Source: Escherichia phage vB_EcoS_IME542. From it: a stretch of DNA of 46,553 bases. The translations under genes were made by a program, and so were the position numbers. The DNA is taken from the sequence record MK372342; one strand, 5' to 3'. Each line of letters starts with the position of its first letter. The stretch's first letter is position 1. The notes below the pieces were generated by a model. That model worked only from the letters and a program-made list of their open reading frames with translations. It was not told the DNA's origin and searched no databases. This document shows positions 8,605-16,385 of the stretch, one piece after another.

Positions 8605-8993
8605 AGGTTGTATTAATTGCTGCGGTGATTCTGCTTTCTGGTTGTTCGGCAACATCTGCGCTGACCGGGTTAATTGGTAGTAAACCAGAGATTAGTGCTC
8701 AGGCAGGTGCGGAGAACAATAAGGTTGGAGTTGGTTTAACGAGCAAGGTTGACTCCAGTAGCTCCAGTGAATCCACGGTTAAAGATTCCAAGGTTGGGTC
8801 GCTGGATAGCTCTAGCGGGAAAAAGACTTCTGACAACTCGATTAAGGCCTCAACAATCACTGCTGAGAAGATTGAAATCACCAACAATGATTCATCTGGA
8901 ATTTATGAATTACTGGCATTAATTGGGTTCCCTCTGTTAATTGTTTTTAATGGCTGCTATGTACTTTATAGAGCAAACAAAAAAGCCCCGTAA
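8601..8993 (+). CDS. unimolecular spanin (N-terminal lipoprotein signal plus C-terminal TM helix)
   Basis: MKVVLIAAVILLSGC lipobox and C-terminal LLALIGFPLLIVFNGCYVLY; ATGA overlap with endolysin stop; architecture of the phage T1 u-spanin. Confidence 0.7.
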   Translation: MKVVLIAAVILLSGCSATSALTGLIGSKPEISAQAGAENNKVGVGLTSKVDSSSSSESTVKDSKVGSLDSSSGKKTSDNSIKASTITAEKIEITNNDSSGIYELLALIGFPLLIVFNGCYVLYRANKKAP

Positions 8994-9008
8994 TGGGGCT
9001 ATTTTTAT
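8975..9008. terminator. bidirectional terminator between convergent spanin and minus-strand genes
   Basis: GCCCC-gtaat-GGGGC flanked by A-run and T-run. Confidence 0.6.
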
Positions 9009-9340
9009 GCAAATAATTCTTCGTCATTCATGTTTGCTATTTTCATCATCTCATTCACATAGGCACTAGACTTACCTTCAAAGCTCATAAATTCAAACTG
9101 GAATGGCCTTTTGCTCGAGCCTTTAGACCAGTACACACCATTAACTCCATCAAGATACCCAGCCGTAAGCATTCTCGCCATAAACTCCTTCGAGCAACTC
9201 GATGCAAAATATCTTTCATCAACCCCCGCAGCTTTAGCAATCCTTGCACAATCCTTGTGCTTGTAGATGAATCTTGCGAGGTGTTGGCGGTTGAAGTTTT
9301 TGCATCCTTCGCAGAACCTGTACACGTCGAGAAGAAACAT
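9005..9340 (-). CDS. hypothetical protein
   Basis: 111 aa ORF, last gene of minus-strand early block. Confidence 0.45.
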   Translation of the reverse strand: MFLLDVYRFCEGCKNFNRQHLARFIYKHKDCARIAKAAGVDERYFASSCSKEFMARMLTAGYLDGVNGVYWSKGSSKRPFQFEFMSFEGKSSAYVNEMMKIANMNDEELFA

Positions 9341-9343
9341 AGG

Positions 9344-10927
9344 TTACCCCAGCAGTCTTGGATTGATGTAAATTTTATCACCAATCAGGCACGTATAGTT
9401 TTTTTCGTCCAGCATCGGAATCAAATGGTCCTTAATACGAGTCATGATTCCAGCTTGAGCTTCAAAAGGTTTAACCTTTCGCGCAGCTTCATACAATGAG
9501 CGAACACCAACGACACCCTTACCATTTTTTCCTTGCTTAATCAGAATATCAACCAGCTTATTCATCTCAGCATTATCACCGGCGTGACCAGCGGCACTAG
9601 CGGATGACAAATAAGTCTTGCTTAGTTCGTTAAAAATCATAACCGCCTCCTGCATTGTCTCAAGCTCAATCTCCCTGGACTTCTGGGGGCTCGACCCTGC
9701 TGGTGCGAACCAGTTACGAATAACGTGCAGCACAGAGGCGATACGAATTGCTTGCTTATCAAACTTACCTAGAGCGCCACGTAACATTGTGTGAGAGTAC
9801 TTACCACCATCACCAAGGTGCGGTTCCATTTCCTGACGCGCGCGGTTCAGGTAACACATTGAAGAGGCACTTACAGTTAGTTTCACTTCGACTTCACTCA
9901 TAATCTCATGAACGAGACGGAAGTAATCAGCCTTCAGCCCACCGTCAATAGCCTCATATGTTGAGTCACCATTCTCGTCAACAAACACGCGGTCTCCAAG
10001 GAATGACTTCTCACGCACAAGCAAGAAACGTTCTGACACACCGATACCACGCGCACCAGCATTCATGATCGCGTTGATGGTCTCATCCTGTGCGATAACA
10101 GAGATGCAGCCCATAGCGACAAAGCTCATGTTATTTTCAGCGTTCGCACGCGCAATAGAAACGTTACCAGCATCCCATGCTTTCAGCACAAGCTCGCTGT
10201 TCGTTTTCTTTGAGCCATCACCATAGGTCATGCCAAGTAGTGAGTTTACGCTCGTTGCCTCATCAGAGATTACTGCGAAGTTGCCCTGTCGGTTGTTTAT
10301 TCGCGCAAGACCTTCCGGCGTGGTGTCGGATACGGGGAAAACGATATCGCACAGCTTTTCCAGCTTCTCTTCTAAATCTTCTTTTTCCTCAAAAAGTGAA
10401 GCCATCTCTGACGGAGATTTTTCCTGCTTCATCTCTTTGGATAATGCAGATAGTTTGGCAATAATCTTTTTGCGCTCGCGCTTTCGCACTTCATTAATCC
10501 GCTCAGTCTCAGCAATCATTGGGGCAATTGAAAGCGAGTTAATTGCTGATTTACCAGTTGATGGTGGCTGGCTTGTTACGACGTAGAGCGCGGTTGGCTG
10601 CTGATTTCCGTGATACTCAACAGTAAATCGACCAAGCATGGCGGCAGAAATGCACCCCAGAAAGTGCATATAAGCTGAAGACTCAGGGAATTGAACCGAA
10701 CGAGCAATGTTAGCTGATAACTTGCCCACAACATCAATATCATTACCTAGTGAGATTACAGGGTACTTATCATTTGCAGCATCAATCTCGACCGGAGCCT
10801 TCCAGAATGATTGGGACTGTCGATAACCATTAGCATTAATAGCCACGCGAAGCGGTGGAAGGTTGTCGGTCGCAGCAATTGCCATAACCTGCTCAACAGA
10901 TAGTTTATCTTCGTTGAAATCAAACAT
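9344..10927 (-). CDS. P-loop NTPase, putative replication-associated ATPase (deviant Walker A QPPSTGKS)
   Basis: Walker A-like PPSTGKSA and Walker B-like AVISDEAT; ATG 10927 with GGAG RBS preferred over track GTG 10969; 527 aa. Confidence 0.5.
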   Translation of the reverse strand: MFDFNEDKLSVEQVMAIAATDNLPPLRVAINANGYRQSQSFWKAPVEIDAANDKYPVISLGNDIDVVGKLSANIARSVQFPESSAYMHFLGCISAAMLGRFTVEYHGNQQPTALYVVTSQPPSTGKSAINSLSIAPMIAETERINEVRKRERKKIIAKLSALSKEMKQEKSPSEMASLFEEKEDLEEKLEKLCDIVFPVSDTTPEGLARINNRQGNFAVISDEATSVNSLLGMTYGDGSKKTNSELVLKAWDAGNVSIARANAENNMSFVAMGCISVIAQDETINAIMNAGARGIGVSERFLLVREKSFLGDRVFVDENGDSTYEAIDGGLKADYFRLVHEIMSEVEVKLTVSASSMCYLNRARQEMEPHLGDGGKYSHTMLRGALGKFDKQAIRIASVLHVIRNWFAPAGSSPQKSREIELETMQEAVMIFNELSKTYLSSASAAGHAGDNAEMNKLVDILIKQGKNGKGVVGVRSLYEAARKVKPFEAQAGIMTRIKDHLIPMLDEKNYTCLIGDKIYINPRLLG

Positions 10928-10939
10928 CTTAATACTCCA

Positions 10940-11000
10940 TCTCGTTAATATGCGGGCATTATATAACACCCGCTCAGTATGTCTTTATCTTTTAGTGCTA
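10940..11000 (-). promoter_or_regulatory. boxed promoter element (degenerate box, -10 TATAAT within hairpin loop GCGGG/CCCGC)
   Basis: Minus strand reads TAGCACTAAAAGATA ... GAGCGGG-tgttatataat-GCCCGC ... AACGAGATGGAG. Confidence 0.45.
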
Positions 11001-11354
11001 TTATGAGTATTTTGCTTCAAACCTGTAGTCGCCACAGATAGTAACAAATCCAACATCCTCATCCCTATATAGCTGCCAGGCGGTTCCTTCTTTGTCATAG
11101 ATATATCCAGCGCGCTGACCAAGTCCAGCATGGATATCAACTTGATATCGCTTTCCTTCAGTGAAGTATTTGCGAATAGATGAGTGATGGTTAACCTTTG
11201 TACAATATAGAGTCTTGGTCTTGATGTATTTTCCGCGCTCTGTAAGATTCTGCCATTTTCCATTAACCTTAATCTGCTCTACACCATCTTTAACGCGGGC
11301 CTTGAACAAATTGTTATCGCTTGATACCCAGTTTTTTGTAATCGTAGTAGTCAT
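11001..11354 (-). CDS. hypothetical protein
   Basis: 117 aa ORF. Confidence 0.45.
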   Translation of the reverse strand: MTTTITKNWVSSDNNLFKARVKDGVEQIKVNGKWQNLTERGKYIKTKTLYCTKVNHHSSIRKYFTEGKRYQVDIHAGLGQRAGYIYDKEGTAWQLYRDEDVGFVTICGDYRFEAKYS

Positions 11355-11580
11355 TTTAAGCCCTCTCTTTCGTTTTCCACATGAATTTGTTAGGTACTGA
11401 TTTGCGCACGATGCGCACGACTATCTTATCTGTCTTTTGTACCAGTCCGTAAATCTTGCCATCAAGTGACGCGCGGTACACTGCCTCTTCCATTGCGTCA
11501 CAAAAGTTGTCGAACATTAGTGAGCCTTACAGTTGCTAGAAAATTTAGCACCAGCAAACTTTGAAGGGCCGCGGTTAGCG

Positions 11581-11691
11581 TTAATTGCTTCGTAAGTTTT
11601 TTTTAGTGTCGCGAGCATCAATCACTTCAACAACCATCATGGCAACCATCGGGAAAACTACTGCGATAACCATCATAGTTAAAATAATCAT
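11581..11691 (-). CDS. hypothetical small membrane peptide (36 aa)
   Basis: Hand-translated MIILTMMVIAVVFPMVAMMVVEVIDARDTKKNLRSN; AAAGG RBS; directly downstream of boxed promoter. Confidence 0.35.
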   Translation of the reverse strand: MIILTMMVIAVVFPMVAMMVVEVIDARDTKKNLRSN

Positions 11692-11699
11692 TTTCTTTA

Positions 11700-11770
11700 C
11701 CTTTCGTTGTTTCGTTTCGATGGAAAGATAATACCGCATCCTTGCGATTTCGTTTTAGCAATTCGTGCTA
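11700..11770 (-). promoter_or_regulatory. boxed promoter element (perfect TAGCAcgaatTGCTA, hairpin CGCA-agga-TGCG, TATTAT, CATCGAAACGAAA)
   Basis: Read directly on minus strand. Confidence 0.55.
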
Positions 11771-11916
11771 TTTCTTGCCTTTTCTATCGCCTTGAGCATA
11801 ATCTCGTGGCTTTCCAGCAAGTCCTCACGAAACCAGTCACCACAAGGCCAGCCCTTTCCGCTATAGGCGCTGATGACCTCAAGATCGAAATAATTTATCT
11901 CAGATGGTAGTAGCAT
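11755..11916 (-). CDS. hypothetical small protein (53 aa) whose C-terminus NSTNC-stop is encoded by the palindromic box
   Basis: Hand-translated MLLPSEINYFDLEVISAYSGKGWPCGDWFREDLLESHEIMLKAIEKARNSTNC; GGAGG RBS. Confidence 0.35.
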   Translation of the reverse strand: MLLPSEINYFDLEVISAYSGKGWPCGDWFREDLLESHEIMLKAIEKARNSTNC

Positions 11917-11919
11917 TAT

Positions 11920-12108
11920 TTAGGCCTCCATAATGTATTCAAACTCTGATGTAAACAATGGAAGTTCCCTTCCTGACGTAGTTTTAATACTAACCTCACC
12001 GGACTCATACTGGCGCATAACTTCGTAAACACCTCCAATCTCGACTTCGTAGAAATCTTTCTCATACTTGCCGTGTTTCGTTGCAAAGCTGATTAATTTA
12101 ATTTTCAT
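11920..12108 (-). CDS. hypothetical protein
   Basis: 62 aa ORF. Confidence 0.45.
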   Translation of the reverse strand: MKIKLISFATKHGKYEKDFYEVEIGGVYEVMRQYESGEVSIKTTSGRELPLFTSEFEYIMEA

Positions 12109-12347
12109 TATTTCACCTCATCAAACGTTGCGATTCCAGGAATAAACATACCAAGATTCCAGCCAGCGATAGCAATCCATCCAGAATCGTGCTTGTGAGG
12201 TCTCTCAGCGCCATTAATAACCCATTCGTTCGGGATTGTCTTACCTTTAATAATTAGCGGCTCGGCGTCGTATACAGAGCCTTTAACGAATGGAGTTAAT
12301 ACTTTCTTGTCGGCGCTGGTAATGCAATTGGTGCAGCGAATTTTCAT
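12108..12347 (-). CDS. hypothetical protein
   Basis: 79 aa ORF, start/stop overlap with 11920..12108. Confidence 0.45.
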   Translation of the reverse strand: MKIRCTNCITSADKKVLTPFVKGSVYDAEPLIIKGKTIPNEWVINGAERPHKHDSGWIAIAGWNLGMFIPGIATFDEVK

Positions 12348-12591
12348 ATTTCAATCCTCAAATAAATGGTAAACACTCGACGCATCCAAGTCCATCGCAG
12401 CACAGGAATTCATCATCTGACTGGAATTGCTTAGCTAAATTAATATCCAACTTTCCGCGCACCACAAGGTCGGTGTAATCCTCGTTAAGCCCAATCAGTG
12501 CGCATTCGTGGCGTAACTTATCTTTATAAATATTTATATCTGTACCCTCATTTGGTTTGTACCGGATGTCGTCCGGCGGCGATATAATTTA

Positions 12592-12831
12592 TTAGTGCTG
12601 CTTTGCTGTGTAAAACTTCCAGTCATCCTGGACTTCAATCAATGTACCTTTGGCGATCATTGAGTTGAGGCTATCTTCAGTAAGGAGAGTTCTCAACCAG
12701 GTGTATTTGTTGCCTACTCGAACATTGCCACAGTTATTAAACACGCTACCGTTTACCAACATCATCTCAACGCCTTTTGAGCCAGGCTTAGTGAAGAGAC
12801 GTTTTTCTGTTTTAGTGGTCTGAATGCTCAT
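12592..12831 (-). CDS. hypothetical protein (ATG 12831; track ORF extended to 13020 through the promoter element)
   Basis: MSIQTTKTEKRLF... starts 10 nt after GGAGA RBS downstream of boxed promoter. Confidence 0.5.
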   Translation of the reverse strand: MSIQTTKTEKRLFTKPGSKGVEMMLVNGSVFNNCGNVRVGNKYTWLRTLLTEDSLNSMIAKGTLIEVQDDWKFYTAKQH

Positions 12832-12843
12832 TTTTTTATCTCC

Positions 12844-12914
12844 GGTGTGTTCGTTTCGTTTCGATGAAGTAACTATACGCCATCCTTGGCATTGAGGTTT
12901 AGCAATTCGTGCTA
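12844..12914 (-). promoter_or_regulatory. boxed promoter element (perfect box, hairpin GCCA-agga-TGGC, TATAGT, CATCGAAACGAAACGAA)
   Basis: Read directly on minus strand. Confidence 0.55.
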
Positions 12915-13204
12915 TTGCGTTCGATGTATGCATTAATTTCTTCAGAAGTTTCCATTGCGGAGCGGAAAGCGCCTTTTGCGTGGCGAGCATCACGGAATGA
13001 CTGGAAGAATTTACGAGCAACGTTTGCGAACATCGCGCCAGTTATACGAGCATCACCGAAATTAGTTTCGATTGAGTTACTGATGCCATCACGGAACTCA
13101 TTCTCAGTCATGAACATTTCAGCAATTTCAGCGGTGGCGAAAAGGTCTGCCAGTGATTGCATATTTTCGTGGTCAGCTTTAGTGAAAAGGTTCATGTTAA
13201 TCAT
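12899..13204 (-). CDS. hypothetical protein; C-terminus NSTNC-stop encoded by the palindromic box
   Basis: 101 aa; GGAGA RBS; first gene of minus-strand early block. Confidence 0.5.
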   Translation of the reverse strand: MINMNLFTKADHENMQSLADLFATAEIAEMFMTENEFRDGISNSIETNFGDARITGAMFANVARKFFQSFRDARHAKGAFRSAMETSEEINAYIERNSTNC

Positions 13205-13221
13205 TTTCGTGTCTCCGTGAG

Positions 13222-13285
13222 TTCTTCGTTTCGATGGAGTAATAATAGCAAATCACTCCTGATTGGTCATTAGCAAAAAGTGCTA
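13222..13285 (-). promoter_or_regulatory. boxed promoter element (perfect box TAGCActttttGCTA, hairpin AATCA/TGATT, extended -10 TGcTATTAT, CATCGAAACGAAG)
   Basis: Read directly on minus strand. Confidence 0.55.
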
Positions 13286-13305
13286 TTCGTTGGATTTATT
13301 GATTC

Positions 13306-13400
13306 TTGCAGATATTGCAATGATTCACCTCATTATTGCACATATAGCAATATTGTATCTGATGCAATGATGTTTTTGATTGTTGCGAATTTAGCAATTA
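13306..13400. repeat. cluster of short WWGCAAT motifs (ATTGCAAT, ATAGCAAT, GATGCAAT, TTAGCAAT, TTGCAC, TTGCGAAT) in divergent control region
   Basis: At least six copies within ~100 bp read directly; ATTGCAAT is itself palindromic. Confidence 0.45.
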
Positions 13401-13549
13401 TTTGTGTGGGAGTGAATGAATAGAGGAAGGACTACCATACAAGTTGATTTTGATTCTGGCTGAGCCATTTTGGATGTACACGTTACCGAAGTTATGTTGT
13501 GTAGATGCACCCACCCTCCGTAGGAATGCTGTACGCCTATAACGCGCAA

Positions 13550-13635
13550 TTACGCAATGGTTACATAATAATATCTATATATATCAACCTTTTACTTTAT
13601 TATTATTATTATTATTATATATATGTATATCTTGT
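13550..13635 (+). repeat. copy A of ~85 bp direct repeat with (TTA)7 microsatellite in divergent non-coding region
   Basis: TTACGCAATGGTTACATAATAATATCTATATATATCAACCTTTTACT(TTA)n... nearly identical to 40753..40835. Confidence 0.7.
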
Positions 13636-13800
13636 ATATCTGTCATATGGGGAGGGTCGATAGTTTTTTATGAAAATGACTATATTTATCTATATTAATA
13701 TATATAGGTATACCCCCGACATTTCCGCGGAAATTCATACACACGACATTTACACCGCTTCTGGCGCGGCTCTCAGAGTGGTTTGGCGTATCTGGCTGAA

Positions 13801-13846
13801 AATAACATGAGATAACACTTGATAACATGTAGATGTGTGATACTAT
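13801..13846 (+). promoter_or_regulatory. candidate early promoter: three phased 10-bp repeats (AATAACATGA GATAACACTT GATAACATGT), -35 TTGATA, 16 nt spacer, extended -10 TGaTACTAT
   Basis: Read directly; about 40 nt upstream of RBS AGGAG and start 13889. Confidence 0.5.
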
Positions 13847-13888
13847 GGATGCATCTTAACGAAGAGCAACCAATCAGGAGTAATAAGA

Positions 13889-14407
13889 ATGTCAGAACGT
13901 AAAGAAGCAGTAAGTCTTGGTGAAGTAGCTCGCTACATGGCGACTCAGGCTTTAAATAGCGACACGAAATCATTTGCAGTACCAGTGCGTATGATTGTTC
14001 GCCAGGTGTACGGGCTTAGCAAGGAGGAAATTAGCAAGGTTTATGATGAAGACCTTAAGCCGGATGGTAAGTACAATCTCAATAAGCTGAAGTCCTCATA
14101 CGTTTCAAACACAGTAAGTCGCATGCCTGAAATTAAGGCTGCAAACGTCAGGTCCATGTTCTCGATAAAGGATATGGAGTTTAATGGTGAGGAGGTTCGT
14201 TCTGCGGTAATCTCGCTTGTTCCTGGTGCAATCAATCATGGCTCACGAAGCAAAGCAGGGGAAGAGAGGGAGGCGGCTATCATTGAGAAGTTCAAGAAGC
14301 GACTTCTTGCAGTTACTCCGAGCGTAATCCACCTGAAAGGCGAGGAGCTTAATGGCGCAATGTTCGCACTAACCGCTTACCAGGAACTTATCAAGGAGAC
14401 CAAATAA
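13889..14407 (+). CDS. hypothetical early protein (first gene of plus-strand early operon)
   Basis: 172 aa; AGGAG RBS 8 nt upstream. Confidence 0.55.
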   Translation: MSERKEAVSLGEVARYMATQALNSDTKSFAVPVRMIVRQVYGLSKEEISKVYDEDLKPDGKYNLNKLKSSYVSNTVSRMPEIKAANVRSMFSIKDMEFNGEEVRSAVISLVPGAINHGSRSKAGEEREAAIIEKFKKRLLAVTPSVIHLKGEELNGAMFALTAYQELIKETK

Positions 14408-14941
14408 TGGGAATGTTTGATTTCAATGATGTGAAGCTAAGTGGCGAGGAAATCGTAAGAATTGCGCAGCGTGATGGTTACTCAATTCTTCGCGTGGCAA
14501 TCAGTAATAACTGATATCGGCAAACTCAGCGCTTCTGGGGTCGCCCTGATGCATCGTCAATCTACAAAGGTAGCGAGCATGCGGTTCTTGTTAATCTAAT
14601 TAGGAAAATGGGAAGAAACGGGAAAAGGGGTGCTTGGTGTTAGGTCATTATACGAAGGCCTCAGGAAATCAAAACCAGTTGATTCACGTAATGTCAGACT
14701 AATGGCGAGGCTTCAGGAGGGACTTATCCCAGACCTAGAGAAGATGAATCTCGTCTGCATGATTGGTGATAAGATTTATGTTCACCCTGCAATCCTTGAT
14801 GAGTGTTGGGAACCTAACTTCAAAGTATACGAAGGTGAGCATCCTAGTAGACTACCATACCACTTGCGTTACAGTGAGGAGGAGGTTGAGATGGCTATGA
14901 AGTTCTATCGGAAAGCTAAATTACTCCTGACTGGGAAATAG
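14407..14941 (+). pseudogene. disrupted, internally deleted paralogue of the P-loop ATPase gene (9344..10927): N-terminal and C-terminal homology only, in-frame TGA and a frameshift
   Basis: MGMFDFNDVKLSGEEIVRIAQRDGYSILRVAISNN-stop-YRQTQRFWGRP matches ATPase N-terminus MFDFNEDKLSVEQVMAIAATDNLPPLRVAINANGYRQSQSFWKAP; GVRSLYEGLRKSKP...LVCMIGDKIYVHP matches ATPase C-terminus GVRSLYEAARKVKP...YTCLIGDKIYINP. Confidence 0.5.
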
Positions 14942-15000
14942 CACTTTTTGCCTAACGTAATAATGCCAAGGATGGCATAATCATCTCATCGAAACGAGAG
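14939..15000 (+). promoter_or_regulatory. boxed promoter element (box TAGCActtttTGCCT, hairpin GCCA-agga-TGGC, extended -10 TGgCATAAT, CATCGAAACGAGAG)
   Basis: Read directly. Confidence 0.55.
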
Positions 15001-15018
15001 ATGCAAAGGAAAAATAAA

Positions 15019-15237
15019 ATGAACAAGACAATCACACTGCAATGCATTAAGACAAATAACCCAGAATTTATTAAAGTTCACAAATATTTAGCAACCCTGG
15101 TAGACGGTAAAACATGGGCAGTTAAAGGTGGCTTCCAGGATTACAAATTCCCACTTGAGCACATACCTGGCGGAAACCTTGGTTTTGTTAGTAGCTGCCG
15201 CTCAGTTAAGTTCGTTTTTGAAGTGGTAATGAAATAG
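15019..15237 (+). CDS. hypothetical protein (second ATG with AAAGGA RBS preferred)
   Basis: 72 aa; stop TAG inside next box. Confidence 0.45.
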   Translation: MNKTITLQCIKTNNPEFIKVHKYLATLVDGKTWAVKGGFQDYKFPLEHIPGGNLGFVSSCRSVKFVFEVVMK

Positions 15238-15262
15238 CACTTTTCATCCTGACTGGTATAAT
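15235..15262 (+). promoter_or_regulatory. boxed promoter element, short form (TAGCA half-box, extended -10 TGgTATAAT)
   Basis: Read directly. Confidence 0.45.
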
Positions 15263-15334
15263 CCCCGCATAAACCACACGAAAGGAATTTGATTGACCAT
15301 ATACGAACACAAATTCAGCAGCAGGGGTATTGAT

Positions 15335-15418
15335 ATGCTCCTGCACTATTTAGACGAAAAATACGCAAAGCTCATGCTTAAGACGCATGGCGGCACAATA
15401 ACGAGGGTTGAGATATGA
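15335..15418 (+). CDS. hypothetical small protein (27 aa)
   Basis: MLLHYLDEKYAKLMLKTHGGTITRVEI; AGGGG RBS; ATGA overlap with next gene. Confidence 0.3.
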   Translation: MLLHYLDEKYAKLMLKTHGGTITRVEI

Positions 15419-15675
15419 GTAACTACGATCGAGAAATTATTGGGATTGATGGAACTGTGACAAAAGTAGATGTTTATCGTGTTCTTGATGCGTTCGGTGT
15501 ATCGGACCCGGCCACGCAGCATGCGATAAAGAAGATGCTTTGCACTGGCTTGCGTGGCCACAAGGATTACCTGACTGACCTTAATGACTCAATTGAATCA
15601 TTGCAGAAGGCTAAAGAGCTTTACGGTCAGAGAGTGATTAACGAGTCGGCCAAACCAAAACTTAATGTTAAATAG
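15415..15675 (+). CDS. hypothetical protein
   Basis: 86 aa ORF. Confidence 0.5.
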   Translation: MSNYDREIIGIDGTVTKVDVYRVLDAFGVSDPATQHAIKKMLCTGLRGHKDYLTDLNDSIESLQKAKELYGQRVINESAKPKLNVK

Positions 15676-15734
15676 CACTTTTTGTTAAAACTCCAGGGAA
15701 GGAGTTTGGCATAATAGCTTCATCGAAACGAGAG
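15673..15734 (+). promoter_or_regulatory. boxed promoter element (box, hairpin AAACTCC-agggaa-GGAGTTT, extended -10 TGgCATAAT, CATCGAAACGAGAG)
   Basis: Read directly. Confidence 0.55.
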
Positions 15735-15745
15735 AGGGATTCAAG

Positions 15746-15826
15746 ATGTACTACGACGTTATCGCTGTTTGCCTGGTTGGTATTGTGGCTATTGTTGCCA
15801 TTGTTAAGATTACGGAGAAGAATTAA
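15746..15826 (+). CDS. hypothetical small membrane peptide (26 aa)
   Basis: MYYDVIAVCLVGIVAIVAIVKITEKN, single TM helix. Confidence 0.35.
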   Translation: MYYDVIAVCLVGIVAIVAIVKITEKN

Positions 15827-15957
15827 TGCACAATCAATTGATGATGGGTGATGTTTTATATCAAACAATGCCATGGCTAATCTGGTCACTTGGATTTATG
15901 ATTGTGTATATGATTGCATCCTTCGCGGATGACGATAAAGAGGAGATTAAAGAATGA
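15826..15957 (+). CDS. hypothetical small membrane protein (43 aa)
   Basis: MHNQLMMGDVLYQTMPWLIWSLGFMIVYMIASFADDDKEEIKE, TM helix plus acidic tail; start overlaps previous stop. Confidence 0.35.
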   Translation: MHNQLMMGDVLYQTMPWLIWSLGFMIVYMIASFADDDKEEIKE

Positions 15958-16181
15958 TTACGATTAACCTGTCAGAGACAGATGCAGCAATTCTTAAGTC
16001 GATAATTAACTCACCAAAAGATACAAGGAGTTTTGCTGTAATGCGTGTGGCTAAAGAGGTTTGCACTCAGATTAACAATCAGCAATTCGATGTAAGCGAC
16101 TTCGAGTCATCTCGCCAGTACGAGTCACTAAGCGTCAACGCTGCATACTTGGCTAACTGGGATAAGGAAACAAAGAAATGA
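15954..16181 (+). CDS. hypothetical protein
   Basis: 75 aa ORF, ATGA overlap. Confidence 0.45.
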   Translation: MITINLSETDAAILKSIINSPKDTRSFAVMRVAKEVCTQINNQQFDVSDFESSRQYESLSVNAAYLANWDKETKK

Positions 16182-16315
16182 TTTACGTTCATACGTACTA
16201 CACGGGAAAATTTAACAGCGTTAAGCACGTTAGAGTGCACGATAGCTACGAGAGCGCAAAGGCGCAATGGCTGGTTCTTGGCGGTGACATTAATTCATAT
16301 AAAATCGCTGAATAG
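16178..16315 (+). CDS. hypothetical small protein (45 aa)
   Basis: MIYVHTYYTGKFNSVKHVRVHDSYESAKAQWLVLGGDINSYKIAE; stop TAG inside box. Confidence 0.35.
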   Translation: MIYVHTYYTGKFNSVKHVRVHDSYESAKAQWLVLGGDINSYKIAE

Positions 16316-16374
16316 CACTAATTGATAAAACAGGGTTGGGGTAATTTGGTATAGTTACCCTATCAAACGAGATG
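16313..16374 (+). promoter_or_regulatory. boxed promoter element (box TAGCActaatTGATA, hairpin GGGTAA/TTACCC, extended -10 TGgTATAGT)
   Basis: Read directly. Confidence 0.5.
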
Positions 16375-16385
16375 AGGTGACACAT

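Noticed and set aside
13597-13618. Tandem short repeats, (TTA)n here and at 40801..40816, that might suggest a CRISPR array
   Set aside because: These are trinucleotide microsatellites inside an AT-rich direct repeat, with no repeat-spacer periodicity and no cas genes.
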